Assembly (NCBI GenBank): GCA_051294375.1
Contig: CM119265.1
Span: 11,719,818-11,783,817 of the forward strand
Direction: 5' to 3'
Length of the DNA: 64,000 nt
Source of the DNA: Paraspadella gotoi
Lineage: Eukaryota; Animalia; Chaetognatha
In this document: piece after piece, positions 1 through 12,969 of the stretch
Position numbering within the stretch: the first letter of the stretch is position 1
Layout of the letters: each line of letters starts with the position of its first letter
The notes under the pieces: generated by a model
The model's database searches: none
What the model was told of the DNA's origin: nothing
What the model saw: only the letters and a program-made list of their open reading frames with translations
Position numbers and translations under genes: made by a program

Positions 1-183
1 ACGTTTTTAAACTTTAACCCTGATGCGATAAACCTTTCGTTTTCGTTGTTATTTTCAAATAAATTCGTTGTACCACATTCAAAAACTTTGGCTTTCTCTA
101 TAATTTAACCCTGAATTCTTTCTAACTGGAACGCGTTTATCAAAATGTCCTCTCTATTACATTTTTACAAATGTTTTTAAGAT

Positions 184-1384
184 TAGGACTAAGCTCTGAC
201 GAACAAAGCCAGAGGTTTTTTTAATATATTCTTATACCGGCCAAGGTAGAATGATGGCAATATTGTTAATATTAAGTTTCAAAAAATCTAACCATAAATA
301 TAGAAAATATTAACCAAAATCTTTGGAAAATCCACCCCTTCTTTGGAAGATTTTCGCCAGAGAAGATTTTTCCGAATCTGACTCCCGGTTTGAAAACTCT
401 TAGAATTCCGATCGTTAGCTCCTCTTTTACTTTTACTTTAAATAAAAATTTCACCAAAATGGACTAATTCACTTTATCATGATCGTTCATATCAAAAAAT
501 AAACGAGTAAAGAAAAATTTTGAGAGCCCTTCAGACACTTTGCCAAAGGATTCCAAAATTAGACCTCATTTGTTGAACAGGAACATACCTCAGTCACGTT
601 TTATATCTTTTCAAGGAAAAAAATCCCTTTCATTTCTATATAAAATCAGAGATGGAAAATTTTTCCATCGAGAAGCAGTCTATTTGTTCTGGCTTGTTTG
701 ATATCAAGATGATGATGATTTGACAAGAGAAAAAAAATGCGAGCCCTTCAGATGCAACAGGATCGCGAATCAAGTGTTTTACATCGATATTTTACCAGAA
801 TTTTTACCAGGAGCGTTTATATTGTTTGGTAGTCAGATTTGAACGAAAATCTCCATTGAAAAAGTCTTCCCTCGATCTCTAAGAACGACGGAGGACTCCT
901 AGTTAGCTCCTCTTTTACTTTTAATAAAATTTCACCAAAATGGACTAATTCACTTTCCCATGATCGTATCATATCAAATAACCAATAAAATGTTAGAAGA
1001 AAAATTTTGAGAGCCCTTCAGACATATGGCTATCGGATTCCTGAATTTGAAGTTTATTGTAAAATCACAACATATGTTAAAGTGGTTGACATTGTATGAG
1101 AGTTGAGAAATCCCTTTATTTATATATATAATTGCATCGAAAATATTTCCAGAGCGGACCCAGTCCATTGAATCTGATGGTTTGATGTCAAAATGATGGT
1201 TATTTTGTCAAGAGAAGAAAAATGCGAGCCCTTCAGATGCAACAGGATCGGAATCGAGTGTTTTTACATCTATTTTTACCTGAATTTTTCCCAGGCGCTT
1301 GGACATTATTTGGTAGTCAGATTTTAACGAAAATCTCCATTGAAAAAGTCTTCCTCGATTTTCTAAGAACGACGTAGACTCCTA
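184..1384. mobile_element. Non-autonomous DNA element with TAGGA...TCCTA ends; internal ~480-bp tandem duplication
   Basis: Flanked by direct repeat TTAAGAT (177-183 and 1385-1391); shorter inverted copy at 50469-51182; terminus fragment at 31621-31658. Confidence 0.75.
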
Positions 1385-1633
1385 TTAAGATTGCTAATCA
1401 ATTTTTTAATTCAATATTATTGCAGTCATTTTAGGCTGCAAGCCTCTTCAAATTCAGTGGAATATCAATTGTAGCTCGAATTTCTTTACCATCTATTTAA
1501 CTAAGTAAAATAAACTATTTGACTGAGTAAACGAGATTAATTGTTTAATTCTCCCCTTCTAAACTATCCCATACCGTGTTTTAACTTCTTACCTAGAATT
1601 TTTTAACAACCAGATTGAAAAACAAATCTTTAA

Positions 1634-2504
1634 GAAAAAGGGTCATTCAATTCAACTTCAAAATAGGCCAAAATGGAGTACAAATTCAGAAAGCTGAGCT
1701 CCTGGCGATTCTGAAAATGTATTCACTTTAAACATTTGATGCATTCTACCCCATTTTATATCGGTTTTAATTATAATATAAAATAAAAGAAACCTATCTG
1801 AAGAGTTGCAGGTCAAACAAAAATGCCAATCCATCTAATATTTTTTATGAATTTTCTATTACTGAATTAGAAAAATGTAATAGAGAAACATTTTTAAATT
1901 TCAACTTGTATCCTTGAAAATGAAACGTTTTTAAACTTTAACCCTGAATTCTTTCTAACTTGAACGCGTTTATCAAAATGTCTCTTTATTAGCACTTTTT
2001 ATCAACTGTTTTTAAGATTGCTAATATCAAATTTTTATAATTCAATAATTATTGGCAGTCGTCTTAGGCCCTGCAAACTCCTTCAATTCAGTGTAGATTC
2101 ATTGTAAGCGTTGAATTTCTTTACCAGTCATATTTAAACTGAAGATTGTTGTTCTAGATGACTGGAAAACCAAACTGAGTAACGAGATTTAAATTGTTTA
2201 AATTCTCACCCATTCTAAACTAACCTCATACGCGAGTGTTTTTAAACTTCTCTTACCTAGAATTTTTTAACAACACAGCATTGAAAAACAAATCTTAAAA
2301 ATGTGCTTAACCCATTTAACGTAAACCATATTGTTATTTACCCCATTTAAAAAAATGATTAAAAAACAGAATGTTTTACATAATAAATAGAAAACTTATT
2401 TTTTGTGATTACTCGATGAAGTTAGTAATGTAGTTTCTCGATATATTAGCTCTAATACATCAAATGATTAACGTATTGTTATGACTGAATGACCTTTTCC
2501 TCCA
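1634..2504. mobile_element. TTAA-target MITE (Kolobok-like), nested in another copy of its own family
   Basis: Imperfect TIRs GAAAAAGGGTCATTCA / TGAATGACCTTTTCCTC; TTAA on both sides; second copy at 39424-40238. Confidence 0.7.
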
Positions 2505-3479
2505 TTAAAAAACGCTGCTTAACACCATTTAACATAACAATTAAGTGTTGTATTCGCACTATTTAAAAAAAAATGATGATTGAAAACAGAATGTTTACTT
2601 ATAAAATTAAGAAGCTTAGTTTTTTTGTGAATTACTGGATGACATCTTAATATGTATTTTTCGATATAAAGAAAGGCTTCCATATTAATAAAGATGTTGT
2701 ACGCACCTTATATTTGTGACACGAACAAGTTCGAGAAACTACTGAATATGAATTTAATGAAATTTGCATAGCGGAGTACCAGTAGTTGATACAAATAGAA
2801 CTATCGAGGGCGAAATTTCTACATTAACTCCTAAAGCTCAGGATTAAGGGGCCCTTGAGGGGGCCAGCCGCTGAGGGCCACAAATGGTCAAAAATATACG
2901 TTTACTCTTCCACAAAAACGTATTTATTACCATCAAAAATATTCATTTAACCTTAATTTTTAGCTTCATGAACATCAGCAATCATTTTTAAAGATCGAAA
3001 TTCCTTTATAAGAATCTTCATGTCTTTACTTACAAAAAAGATTTTAGGCAAGACGCCACATTATCTGATACAATTTTTTTCCCTTTATACGCTTTTTCTG
3101 AATTATTTTTCTTAACCTCTTTTCTTCTCTTACTTTATATTATCCTCTTCCTATTTCCTCCCTTATTTCTCACGCTGTCACTTACCATTTTTTTGGCCCT
3201 ACCTTTTTTCTGCCACTCATGCACTTTTCTCACTTTTTCTCTCTCTTCATTCTTTTCCCCCTCTTTTTCTTTCCATTTATCCGGCTCTTATCTCACTTTA
3301 CAATTGTTTTATCTATTTTTTCCCCAGCATTTGCCTTCTTTTTTTTGCCTTTCGCCCTCTCTTTATTGCTCTCACCTTCTCTTTTTCTTGTTTCCATTTC
3401 GTCTTCCCTCTCATTATGTTTACTTTGAGCCAAATCAAGAGAAAGCTTTAATATGCAATATAAGAAAAGGAAATTAACG

Positions 3480-4690
3480 GTAACGGAGGTTTTATTTCAT
3501 TATGGTTGCCTAGCAAATTGAGTAAATCGTAGATTTTGCGGGAAAATTTTTTCGCCAAAATCTGTCAATTCTGAGAAAAACAAGTCTGGCGCTTTTCCAT
3601 TGAAATAAAATGATGCGGTTTTTTTTGTTTTATCAACGTCAGTATGTGCCTCATCTTTTAAAATTATTAAATGTGTCGAAAATTTTATCTTTATCAAAAA
3701 TAAATGCAAGTCACAAAAATTCACAAATTAAAAGTTGTCTTTAAAAATTATTTGTGGCTAAACAAAAAAAGTTTTTTTGATAATTTTGTAGGTGTTAAAA
3801 GCTTATTCAATAGGCTATATTTTCTGTTAATTTCTACCAATTTGATTTATTTTTGTTTAACAAATTATGATAAAGACTGAAACTGCAACTTTTTGACTTG
3901 TTAACTTTAAAATTAATTCATAGGCAAACTATAAATGATTTAAGCAAATAAATTTACCCATGGGTCAAAAAGATAAGAAAGAACGGATTTCCTAAGTAAA
4001 AAAATTTTCTCAACTTTCCTTGGCATTCAAATCAGAGGTCGTAAGTAAAAATGGACAAATATGGACATAATTTTTTTTCCTAAAAGTTGCCAAAATGGTA
4101 CTCTTTTATCATTAGAAACGGATGGAGATGTTTCTAACCAATCCTTCGTTAGGCCAAATTTGTGTTGTGGTACAAAGTTAATCAACATTGTAAGTAACAA
4201 CTGAACAATATTGGAAAGAGTCTTTTTTTCCTAAATGCAACATTTGTACGCGGAACCCTATATTTTCTGTTAATTTAAACCAATTTGAACTATGTTCGTT
4301 TAACAAATTATGATAAAAATTAAAAATGAAACTTTTTGACTTGTCAACTTTACAATTAATTCATAGGCTAACTACAAATGATTTAAGCAAATAAATTTAC
4401 CCAGAGGTGAAGAAGATATGGAAGAACGAATTTCCAAAGAAAAATTTTTTAAACTTTCCTTGGCATTCAAATCAGAAGACGAAAGTGAAAATGGACATGA
4501 TTTTTTTCCCTAAAAGTTGCAAAAATTGTACTTTTTTATCATTAGAAATAGTACGAGATGATTTTAACCATTCCCTAGTTCGGCCCAATTTGTATTGTGG
4601 TACAAATTAAATTAAATATTGTAAGTAATAACTGAACGATACTGAAAAAAGTAGTTTTTTTTCTGAATGCGAGGATTGTAAGTTGAGGCA
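3480..4690. repeat. Dispersed DNA-element remnant with a ~440-bp tandem duplication
   Basis: 3820-4260 resembles 4261-4690; related sequence at 36540-37200 and inverted at 40590-41170. Confidence 0.6.
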
Positions 4691-4763
4691 AAGCTAAAAT
4701 TGGGCGAACAATTTTTGTCGGTTTTTCTTTTTTTATAATTTGATTTTTGGTCGATTTTCTCAC

Positions 4764-5208
4764 CCGAAAATCCCACGCGACCGAGAAGCGTGGTGTTGGT
4801 AACATCGCCGCTGATCTTACTACTGATGGCGGTTTTGGCGCCAACTTGCGGGGTCGCGGTTACCGCTTTCCTTTTGCGGCCAGCCCGACGGGGCGTTTTC
4901 ATCCCTCCTTTAGACGTGGCGGAGTCGTCGACAGCGGCGTTGACCGCCACCGGTGGCGCAGCGGCGTCAACAGTTTCCGACCTCTCTTCGGCCACGTTCT
5001 CTTTTTCGGCACTGGAGGCGCGCAGAGAACTAGACGCTGACTTTGGGACGTTGGATGACGACAGATTCGCTGATTTCGCTCGCCTTCGCACGGCGGAGGC
5101 CGCCGATGATCCACCGTTGTCATTGGAACCAGTGAAGGTCAGGGGTTTACGGATGGGGACAACTGGCACACCGTCCACGGCGGGGATCCCCTGGCGCTCG
5201 AGCTTTTC
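4764..5208 (-). CDS. Unrecognised gene, exon 3 (low-complexity Ser/Ala/Lys-rich; EKLERQGIPAVDGVPVVPIRKPL...GRVGFS); downstream exons not found
   Basis: GC-rich open frame bounded by pyrimidine tract+cag acceptor (5209) and G|GTGAGA donor (4763); phase-compatible with the exon at 5276-5401. Confidence 0.7.
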
Positions 5209-5275
5209 CTGTGGGGGGGGAAAAAAGAAGTAAAGAGAAAATATAAAGGAGCACGAAAAAGCAAATCGGTCTCAC

Positions 5276-5401
5276 CTGCTCCTCCTTAAGTTTCATATCC
5301 AAAAGCTGATTAAACTTGTCATCGTCGGAAGTATAGGTACCGGAGCGATCATTCGGCGAAGCCTCTCTTTGACGTAGCGACTCGCCCGTGTAAATATTTT
5401 C
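5276..5401 (-). CDS. Unrecognised gene, exon 2 (ENIYTGESLRQREASPNDRSGTYTSDDDKFNQLLDMKLKEEQ)
   Basis: tcaaag acceptor, CAG|GTGAGA donor, 126-nt open frame, 67-nt intron to the next exon. Confidence 0.65.
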
Positions 5402-7008
5402 CTTTGACAGGAAAAGACATGTTTAAGGAAGAGAATTTTGACGATGTCAAAGTTGACGGAATCTATTGCGATTACACTTACACTTACCTTTACAGGGTAG
5501 TGAATCAACACTTAAACTAGTATTTACCATCAGATTTTATAGGCAAAAAGTTATTGAATGTCTTTTTATAATACACTAAAATAATCACTGATTTTTTATC
5601 TTTCTAATATAGGTTTTATTTTCCTCATGCTTTTACAATGCACTGCGCTACTTAAAAGAATGCAAGATTGGTTGAATTTGCTCTGCGCCGGTTTAGAGCT
5701 TAAAACCACTACTAAATATGTTAATGTTCCCTCGCTGTATGTTATATTATTAAGAAGGCTATTAAGAATAGGAATAACTACTATTCTAAGTCGGGAATCC
5801 GTGCGCTCAAGCCCGAGTCGATTCGGGCCATTTATAAGGATGCTGCAGGTAGCAATTGTAGCATACTCAAAACCAACAATATGTACGCTAGCTCATTTCT
5901 ATGCTAAAAGAAAAATTCTAAAGAGAGCAAATGAAGAACTCCATTTAGAAATATTTACTAGGACATCTTATCTTTACTATCCTATGCTATGGCCATTAAA
6001 CTGCCGCAGTTTAAAAAGATCTATTTTAACCTTAATTAATAAAAGCAATTTAAAAATGCTGTTGTGGCGGTATATTCACACCGCCTCACGTCCACCATTC
6101 TACAGCCAAATCCATTGGCTCAGAGGGGAACACACCATCCCAGGCGTAGTGTTCCATCCACAGTCCTAACGACTTCCCTCTGCGTTGGCAAAGCGAGACC
6201 GTCCTAGGGTAACCGCGCCAGTGGCTGGAGGCGTCACTGAGGGTCGGAAGCCCCCAAAGTCAACAGTGAGATGCCCCATCCCAATGGGCATCACAGGCAA
6301 CTCGGCTGTTGCCATACTGTAAAAATTTCTTTTTTTCTTAAGTTCACACCGTAGTGGCCACTCTGGGAGAGTGCCATTTTTGTGAGCTTATGAAATCAAT
6401 AACTGATGTAGTAAATTGCTTAATGCAATCTACTGCAGCATCAGATATATTTTATTTTTGCTAATGGGCAAAAATTCATTGCTGCAGTCTATCATATTGT
6501 TCTGAGATTCCATTTCTTGACATGTATAAAGAGCCAATACTTTGGGGTTATTATACATGGCTATAACAAGGGCATGTTGTATACAGCTTAAAAAAATAAA
6601 GATTTTCAGCATGCAGCAGCAATTTCATTTTTTGACCAAATGATTTTCCGGCCTGATAATATCCACATCTAATTCCCCTAAACTGTGCTAAGTAAGGCGT
6701 TTTAAGGGGGTGACCCATATGACTTTCAACCAAAATATCAATGGCCTAGAGCAAACGGGTTACGAGCTGTGGCTCAATCTTTCAAAAGCGTTTATGAAGA
6801 GCAGCAGTGATTCTTTTAGGTGCTGTAGCAGGAGTGGTTTTTGCAGCAGTGCTTGTCGCATTGCATTAATAGTTAGAACAAGGTCTTGTTAAATATCTTC
6901 AATTAATTTTTTTTCTTTAAATGTATCCGATGTGTCACAAAATAAAAAAAAGATTAAGTGACACGGATTTTCTAAGTTTTGAAGTAAGGACCTGTGTGGC
7001 GATATTAC

Positions 7009-7083
7009 CTGCTCCAACGCGCGTTCCAAAATCGACCCAAATGATTCGTCATGCGTCGACACTATTTCGTCTTCGCGCGGCAT
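7009..7083 (-). CDS. Unrecognised gene, putative exon 1 (MPREDEIVSTHDESFGSILERALEQ)
   Basis: ATG at 7083, CAG|GTAATA donor, phase 0 matching the exon at 5401; intervening small exons (e.g. ~5488-5510, ending AAG|GTAAGT) not excluded. Confidence 0.5.
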
Positions 7084-7375
7084 TGTTGAGCGGCAAGCAG
7101 TGTTGAAATTGGTTAAAATCACAGCGAATTTCTTTTGCAAAATAATTTAATTTTAAACAACTCAATCTAGATACACACGTATAAGTCAGCCAAAAAGCAT
7201 AACAGCAGAAATGAATGGTTTCTACAATCTACATTCTGCCTTTTCAGTGTCGGCACGCAGAATTAAAACTAGTCGACTAAACAAACAAACAAGTTTCTAA
7301 AATCTAGAGAGCCGCGGATGTTAAAACTGGATAACAACTGGGAAAAAGGGCCAGTTCAAAGGTTCAAAGGTTTCG

Positions 7376-8147
7376 TCACTGAATCTTGAACCCTTGGACG
7401 TTTTTGGTTAAGTCGATCAAGTTTTTCTTCTGTCGCTTCTCCTCCTCTTTAAAGGCGGCGGTGTTGGCCTTCCTTTCCATTCTTCTCTCCCTCCTCTCCT
7501 CCTTCACCGCCCTCTTTCTCTCTCTCCGCTCCTCCCGAGTCTCGTCCTCTGGCCGCATGGTGGGCGCAGTCCGAAGCCGCGTCAACCCCTGATAGTCTGC
7601 CGATTCCAACTGCTTTCGCGTCGGCCCCACCTCGGGCAGCACGCCCAGCGGGAGACCCGACTTGCGCGACAACTCAATCCGTCCGTCGCCACCGCCTTTT
7701 TTCTTCCTATTAGACTTTGACTCTTCCTCGACGATCCGCTTGGGGTGATTGTACAAATTAGAGTAAGTGGAAAGGATCGACTCGCAGTCCCAGTTGTTGT
7801 TGTCCGTCCTTTCCCGACAGACGACGTTGACAAACTCCTCGAGGTCGGCTTCGGTCGGCTCATCGACGGCCGACGCCTCCATGTCTCGGAGCTTCTCCAA
7901 GACTTCCTGCGGCGCGAGTTTGACGTTTTGACGCTCGAAATCGCGAAGAATCTGGCCGAAGTTGGCATCGGCGGCGCCGTCCTCGCGTTCCGAACGGGCG
8001 GCGACGGGGCCGCCGATGTCTTCGCCGTCGAGACCCCCGATTTGGTCGTCGTCGTATTGCTCGTAAAGCTTCTCGAACCGGTCGTCGAGGAGGGTGAGCT
8101 GGTCATTGCGGCGGATGACGGACGAGGTCATCGAGTACTCCGTGAAT
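7376..8147 (-). CDS. LTV1: Protein LTV1 homolog (40S ribosome biogenesis), exon 6 (last)
   Basis: FTEYSMTSSVIRRNDQLTLLDDRFEK, WDCESILSTYSNLYNHP and the C-terminal RKRAVKEERRERRMERKAN match LTV1 as recalled; cttcag acceptor, TGA stop. Confidence 0.95.
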
Positions 8148-8229
8148 CTGAAGATGGAATAGGAAAATTATAGACTTGATAGAACACAAAATCCCCCCCC
8201 CTTAAAAAAAAGCATCGAATCCGACAAAC

Positions 8230-8501
8230 CTTGACTTGGTCTCTTCCAAATCGAAGTGGTCATAATCGGCGTCGTCGTCGTCCATCCTCTTCATCGCCAT
8301 CAACGCCATCTCTCGTTTTATCTCTTCCACCCGGGCTTTAAAATCACCGACCTCCGACCCCGAAGTCAGTTGAGACGCCGAAGATCCGGTTTCGAGACTG
8401 GCTCGACCGAGACGAGAACGGATCCCCTCCACGTCCACATCGTTGTCGTCGTTAACGTCGACGTCGGTCCAGTCTTCGGTTTCGGAGTCTTCATCTCCTT
8501 C
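8230..8501 (-). CDS. LTV1: LTV1 exon 5 (acidic region to EETKSR)
   Basis: tag acceptor at 8502, AG|GTTTGT donor; phases join exons 4 and 6 to give ETKSRFTEYSM. Confidence 0.88.
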
Positions 8502-8581
8502 CTATCGGGTTTTAAAGTCAAAACATCAGAAAAAAATTCGAAAAAATTTCTAAAAAATAAGTCTCGGTAGTCATACGAAAC

Positions 8582-8715
8582 CTGATTGGCCTGAAGGACG
8601 AAATCGTCGTCGAGAGCGTTGTCAGGATCGTCGATATCGAAGTCGTCGTCCAAGGCGGCGACAACATCGGGATCCCAGTCGAGAATGGGGCCGCTTCGAG
8701 ATGATGTCTCTGCCC
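8582..8715 (-). CDS. LTV1: LTV1 exon 4 (SGPILDWDPDVVAALDDDFDIDDPDNALDDDFVLQANQ)
   Basis: Conserved LTV1 DPD.VAALDDDF...DDF.LQAN block; ttttctcag acceptor, CAG|GTTTCG donor. Confidence 0.92.
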
Positions 8716-9225
8716 CTGAGAAAAGTATCGAAGGTTAAAAATCATAAAAGCATAAGGATCGTCGCAATCGCATAAGAAAAATCTGGATTGACGACAAATT
8801 TTGTTACTAAAAAAATAAAATTTGAAAAAAGAAATAAATTTTTTTGTCATTGTCAAATAAACTGATCAGCAGACGCAGCCCTTGAGAAAGAAATTTGAGA
8901 AAAGAAAATTAATTTATAAACAGAAAAGAAAAATTCTATTTTGCGATTGTCAATAAAAAAAAAATAAAGTACCGAAGAAAATTGAAGTTACAGTTTCTGA
9001 AAAAAAAATGTATTGTCAAAAAATAAACTGATCATCATGAGAAAAAAAAACGAAATAAAAACCCAATGTTGCGATAGCAAAATGATAATATGCACGAATG
9101 CGATGCCTAATTTTACGAGTTAAATCCTAATTCAATTTTTTTTTTAAATAAAAACGCAGAGAGAGAGAGAGAGAGGCCAAATCGTTTTCGGACGAATCAG
9201 CAGCGGCAGCAGCAGAGGCACCCAG

Positions 9226-9743
9226 AAAAAAACAAGTTTGAGCAAACAATGTCGGATCTGCCTTCGATAATTAATTAATTAATTAATAGATTAATTAATT
9301 AATTTTAATAATTAATAATAATTTATAATTCAGCTTGTCATCATCGATGTCCTTAAAATTGAGTCAGGACAGTTATTAAATGTTTTGTTTACATTTTATC
9401 AAAACAAACAAATATCCTCTATTATCGAGCCAGGCGGGCAAAGCCCGTCCTGGCTAGATTTTGATTCGGTTTAGATTTCGGTCACGCTTTTTTGCAATCA
9501 TGGCTTCTGAAAGTGTGATATCATATATGGCTTCTAATCATCAAGATCTTTGAAATTCTCATGTTTCATATCAATATTCGTATTTGTTTATGTTTTATTT
9601 ACAAAACAAAAACGTTTTAATTATATGTCGCTCTCTTTCTTTTAAATATATGTCGCTCTCTCTCTTTCTCTTTTTCTCCGTCACTGCTTCTTCTGATTTG
9701 TCTAAAAACGAGTTCCGGCTCTGCAGCGTCTGTCCAGCTTCTT

Positions 9744-9774
<31 letters not shown>

Positions 9775-10214
9775 TTTTTTTACAAAAAAATTTTTAGATA
9801 TAATGTGGGCTCACTAATGTAAAAAACGATGCCGCGAACAGGGTTCGAACCCGGGTCCTTTGGGTAGAGAAGAGCTCACGCTACATCCGGCGCCATAGGT
9901 ACTGCTGACTTTTTAACGAGTAAAGGGGCTGTAGAGCTCTCTCTCTCTTTTAATTATTATATATCGCTCTTTCTCTTCTCTCTTTTTCTCTGCAGCGGCT
10001 GTCTCTCTCTCTCTCTTTTTTTTTCTCTCTTCTCTCTCTGCTCTTCTGCTCTCTGTCTGTCCCTTCTGTCCGATCTTTGCGTGATCGTTTGTTTTTTGAA
10101 AAATTCTGATTATTTTTTTCCTTCTAAAAACTTTTTATTATTGCCATTTATTCCGCGCTTTTTTCAATACAAAATCCCATATTTTCATCCGAGATTTTCG
10201 TGATTTATTCTCTT

Positions 10215-10283
<69 letters not shown>

Positions 10284-11792
10284 ATCACACGCATTTGTTT
10301 GTTTTATTGACTATCAATCAACAATGAATGACAATCATGCATGAATGACTATCATCGGCATCAATAATTGATTATCATCGAATCAATAATCAATTCCTAT
10401 TACATAAATAAATTACTATTACATCAATCAATTAGTATTACCTCAATCAATTACTATTACATCAAAATTCGTTATCGCATGATTCATTCGTTTTTTTCCC
10501 GGTTTTTTCATTAATTTTCTTTGATAGTGGGCTCTGGCTCGATCTTGAGTCTTTTAAGATTTTTTTATTTTATGTCTCCTCTCTCTCTCTCCTCTCTTCT
10601 CCTCACTCTCTTCTCTCTCTCTCTCTCTCTCTCTCACTTCTCTCTTTCTCTCTCTCCTCTTTTTATGCAATAGCGACGATCCTTATGCTTTTAAGATTTT
10701 TTTAACTTGCATCATTTTTTCAACTTGCTATTTTTTCAACTTGCATTCGTAAAACTTTATATCTAGCTTCTTCATCACTTTCCTACCGGCTCACAAAATT
10801 TCATCTAATCTATCATGGGTTAAAATAAATAAAAAAGATTCAAGTAAATGTGACTCATATTTTTTTCATTTAAACTCATTTCCACTGTACGTTTCCACTG
10901 AAACTTTATATCAAGCTTCGTCAACATTTTCCTACCCACACACAAAAATTTCAACTCAATCTATCCATCCAATTATGATTAATTGAGTATTTATTGGTTA
11001 AAATAAGTAAAAAGAAATTTTGACTTATGTTTTTTCCATTTAAACTAATTTCCACTCACACGATTCCATCGAAATTTATATCCAGCTTTATCACACACTT
11101 TCCTACCACACACAAAATTTAATTCCAATCCAACCAGCCAATCACGAGTTATTGGAGCTTTTTGCTAAGATGGGACGGATGGACGGATTGATTGACTAAT
11201 TAATTAATTATTGATTAATTTATTTACTAATTGATTAATTAACTGATTAATTATTTGATTTATTAATACATCCTGCAATATACATTTAATATAAAAGGAA
11301 AAAGAAGCATAATCAATTAGTAAAACAGGTTTTTTTCCATTTAAACTCATTTCCACTCAAACTATTCCATCGAAACTTGATTTCCTGTTCAATCACACAC
11401 TTTCCTACCCACATACAAAATTCCAGGTCAATCAGCCATCCACTCATGAGCAATTGGTGTTCAAATAGTGAATATATTTTTTTTTGTTTTTTCCATTTAA
11501 ACTCATTTCCACTCGGACGATTCCATCGAAACTTATATCCAGCTCAATCACACACTTACCTATCCACACACAAAATTTCATTTAAATCCATCCATCCAAT
11601 CACGAGTAATTGGTGTTTTTTGCTAAGGTGGGAGGACGGACGGACGGACGATCATTTTTTTTGCATAATTTATAATAATTCGATGTTCTGACATGATATA
11701 AGTTGTGCCCGACAATATTGAGGGGGCGGACCGACGGACCGAAAAGTGAATTATAGAGTCGGGATCTGCTGATAAGCAGATCCGACTAAAAA
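9226..11792 (-). mobile_element. DINE-1/Helentron-like non-autonomous element, expanded copy
   Basis: Ends AAACAAGTTTGAGCAAACAATGTCGGATCTGC and GTCGGGATCTGCTGATAAGCAGATCCGACTAAAA; (GGAC)n; internal repeats and (CT)n tracts. Confidence 0.7.
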
Positions 11793-11872
11793 GAAATCAA
11801 AAGACAGCAACAGAAGCAGCAGGAGAAAAGAGAGAAAAAGAATAAGCCCCTGCAGAGCCAGCTGCAGACTCG

Positions 11873-12969
11873 TTTTTAGTCGGATCTGCTTATCAGCAGA
11901 TCCCGACTCTATAATTCATTTTGTCGGTCCGTCGGTTCGCCCCCTCAATATTGTTGGGCACTAACTTATATCATGTCAGAACATCGAATTATGATAAATT
12001 ATGCAAAAAAAATGATGTCCGTCTGTCCGTCCCACCTTAGCAAAAAACACCAATTACTCGTGATTGGATGGATGGATTTGAATGAAATTTTGTGTGTGGG
12101 TAGGGAAGTGTGTGATTGAGCTGTATATAAAGTTTCGATGGAATCGTCCGAGTGGAGGAAATGAGTTTAAATGGAAAAAACCAAAAAATGTAATTCACTA
12201 TTTGAATAACAATTGCTCATAAGTGGATGGGGCGATTGACCTGGAATTTTGTATGTGATTGTATGTGATTGAACAGGAAAAGCAAGTTTTGATGGAATCG
12301 TTTGAGTGGAAATGAGTTTAAATGGAAAAAACAAAAAACCTGTTTCACTAATTGATTATGATTTTTTTCCCTTTTATATTAAATGTATATGCAGGATGTA
12401 TTAATAAATGAAATAATTAATCAGTTAATTAATCAATTAGTCAATTAATTAATCATTAATTAATTAATCAGTCAATCAATCCATCCATCCATCCCACCTT
12501 AGCAAAAAGCCCCAATAACTCGTGATTGGCTGGTTGGATCGGAATTAAATTTTGTGTATGGGTAGGAACATGTGTGACGAAGCTGGATATAAAGTTTCGA
12601 CGGAATCGTGTGAGTGTATATGAGTTTAAATGGAAAAAACATAAGTCGCATTTACTAAAATCTTTTTACTCATTTTAACCAATAAATACTCTAATTAATC
12701 ATAATTGGATGGATAGATTGAGTTAAAATTTTGTGTGTGGGGTAGAAAAATGTGTGACGAAGCTTGATATAAAGTTTCGGTACGAGTGGAAATGTGTTTA
12801 AATGAAAAAAATATGAGTCACATTTACTTTATTTTAAGGACATCGATGATGATAAGCTGTATATAAATTTATAATTAATTATTAAATATTAAAATTAATT
12901 AATTAATCGATTAATTAATTAATTAATTTTCGTAGGCAGATCCGACATTGTTTGCTCAAACTTGTTTTT
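11873..12969 (+). mobile_element. DINE-1/Helentron-like non-autonomous element, complete copy
   Basis: 5' T-run, subterminal IR GTCGGATCTGC with adjacent partial IR, (GTCY)n, 3' GCAGATCCGAC, hairpin GTTTG-CT-CAAAC, T-run; empty site visible at 63901-63935. Confidence 0.8.

Noticed and set aside
5627-6169. 180-aa plus-strand ORF
   Set aside because: No recognisable motif; runs into a dispersed repeat also found inverted at ~13540-13620.
6430-6900. Additional exons or a transposase fragment in the unknown gene's first intron
   Set aside because: Frames are interrupted by stops and show no recognisable motif.
4747-8570. Plus-strand and alternative-frame ORFs over GC-rich exons
   Set aside because: Shadows of the minus-strand exons; only those frames have homology or consistent splice phases.
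9830-9900. tRNA gene on the minus strand (similar pieces at 34060-34160, 37330-37350)
   Set aside because: Only a B-box-like GGTTCGAACCC; no cloverleaf; probably SINE remnants.
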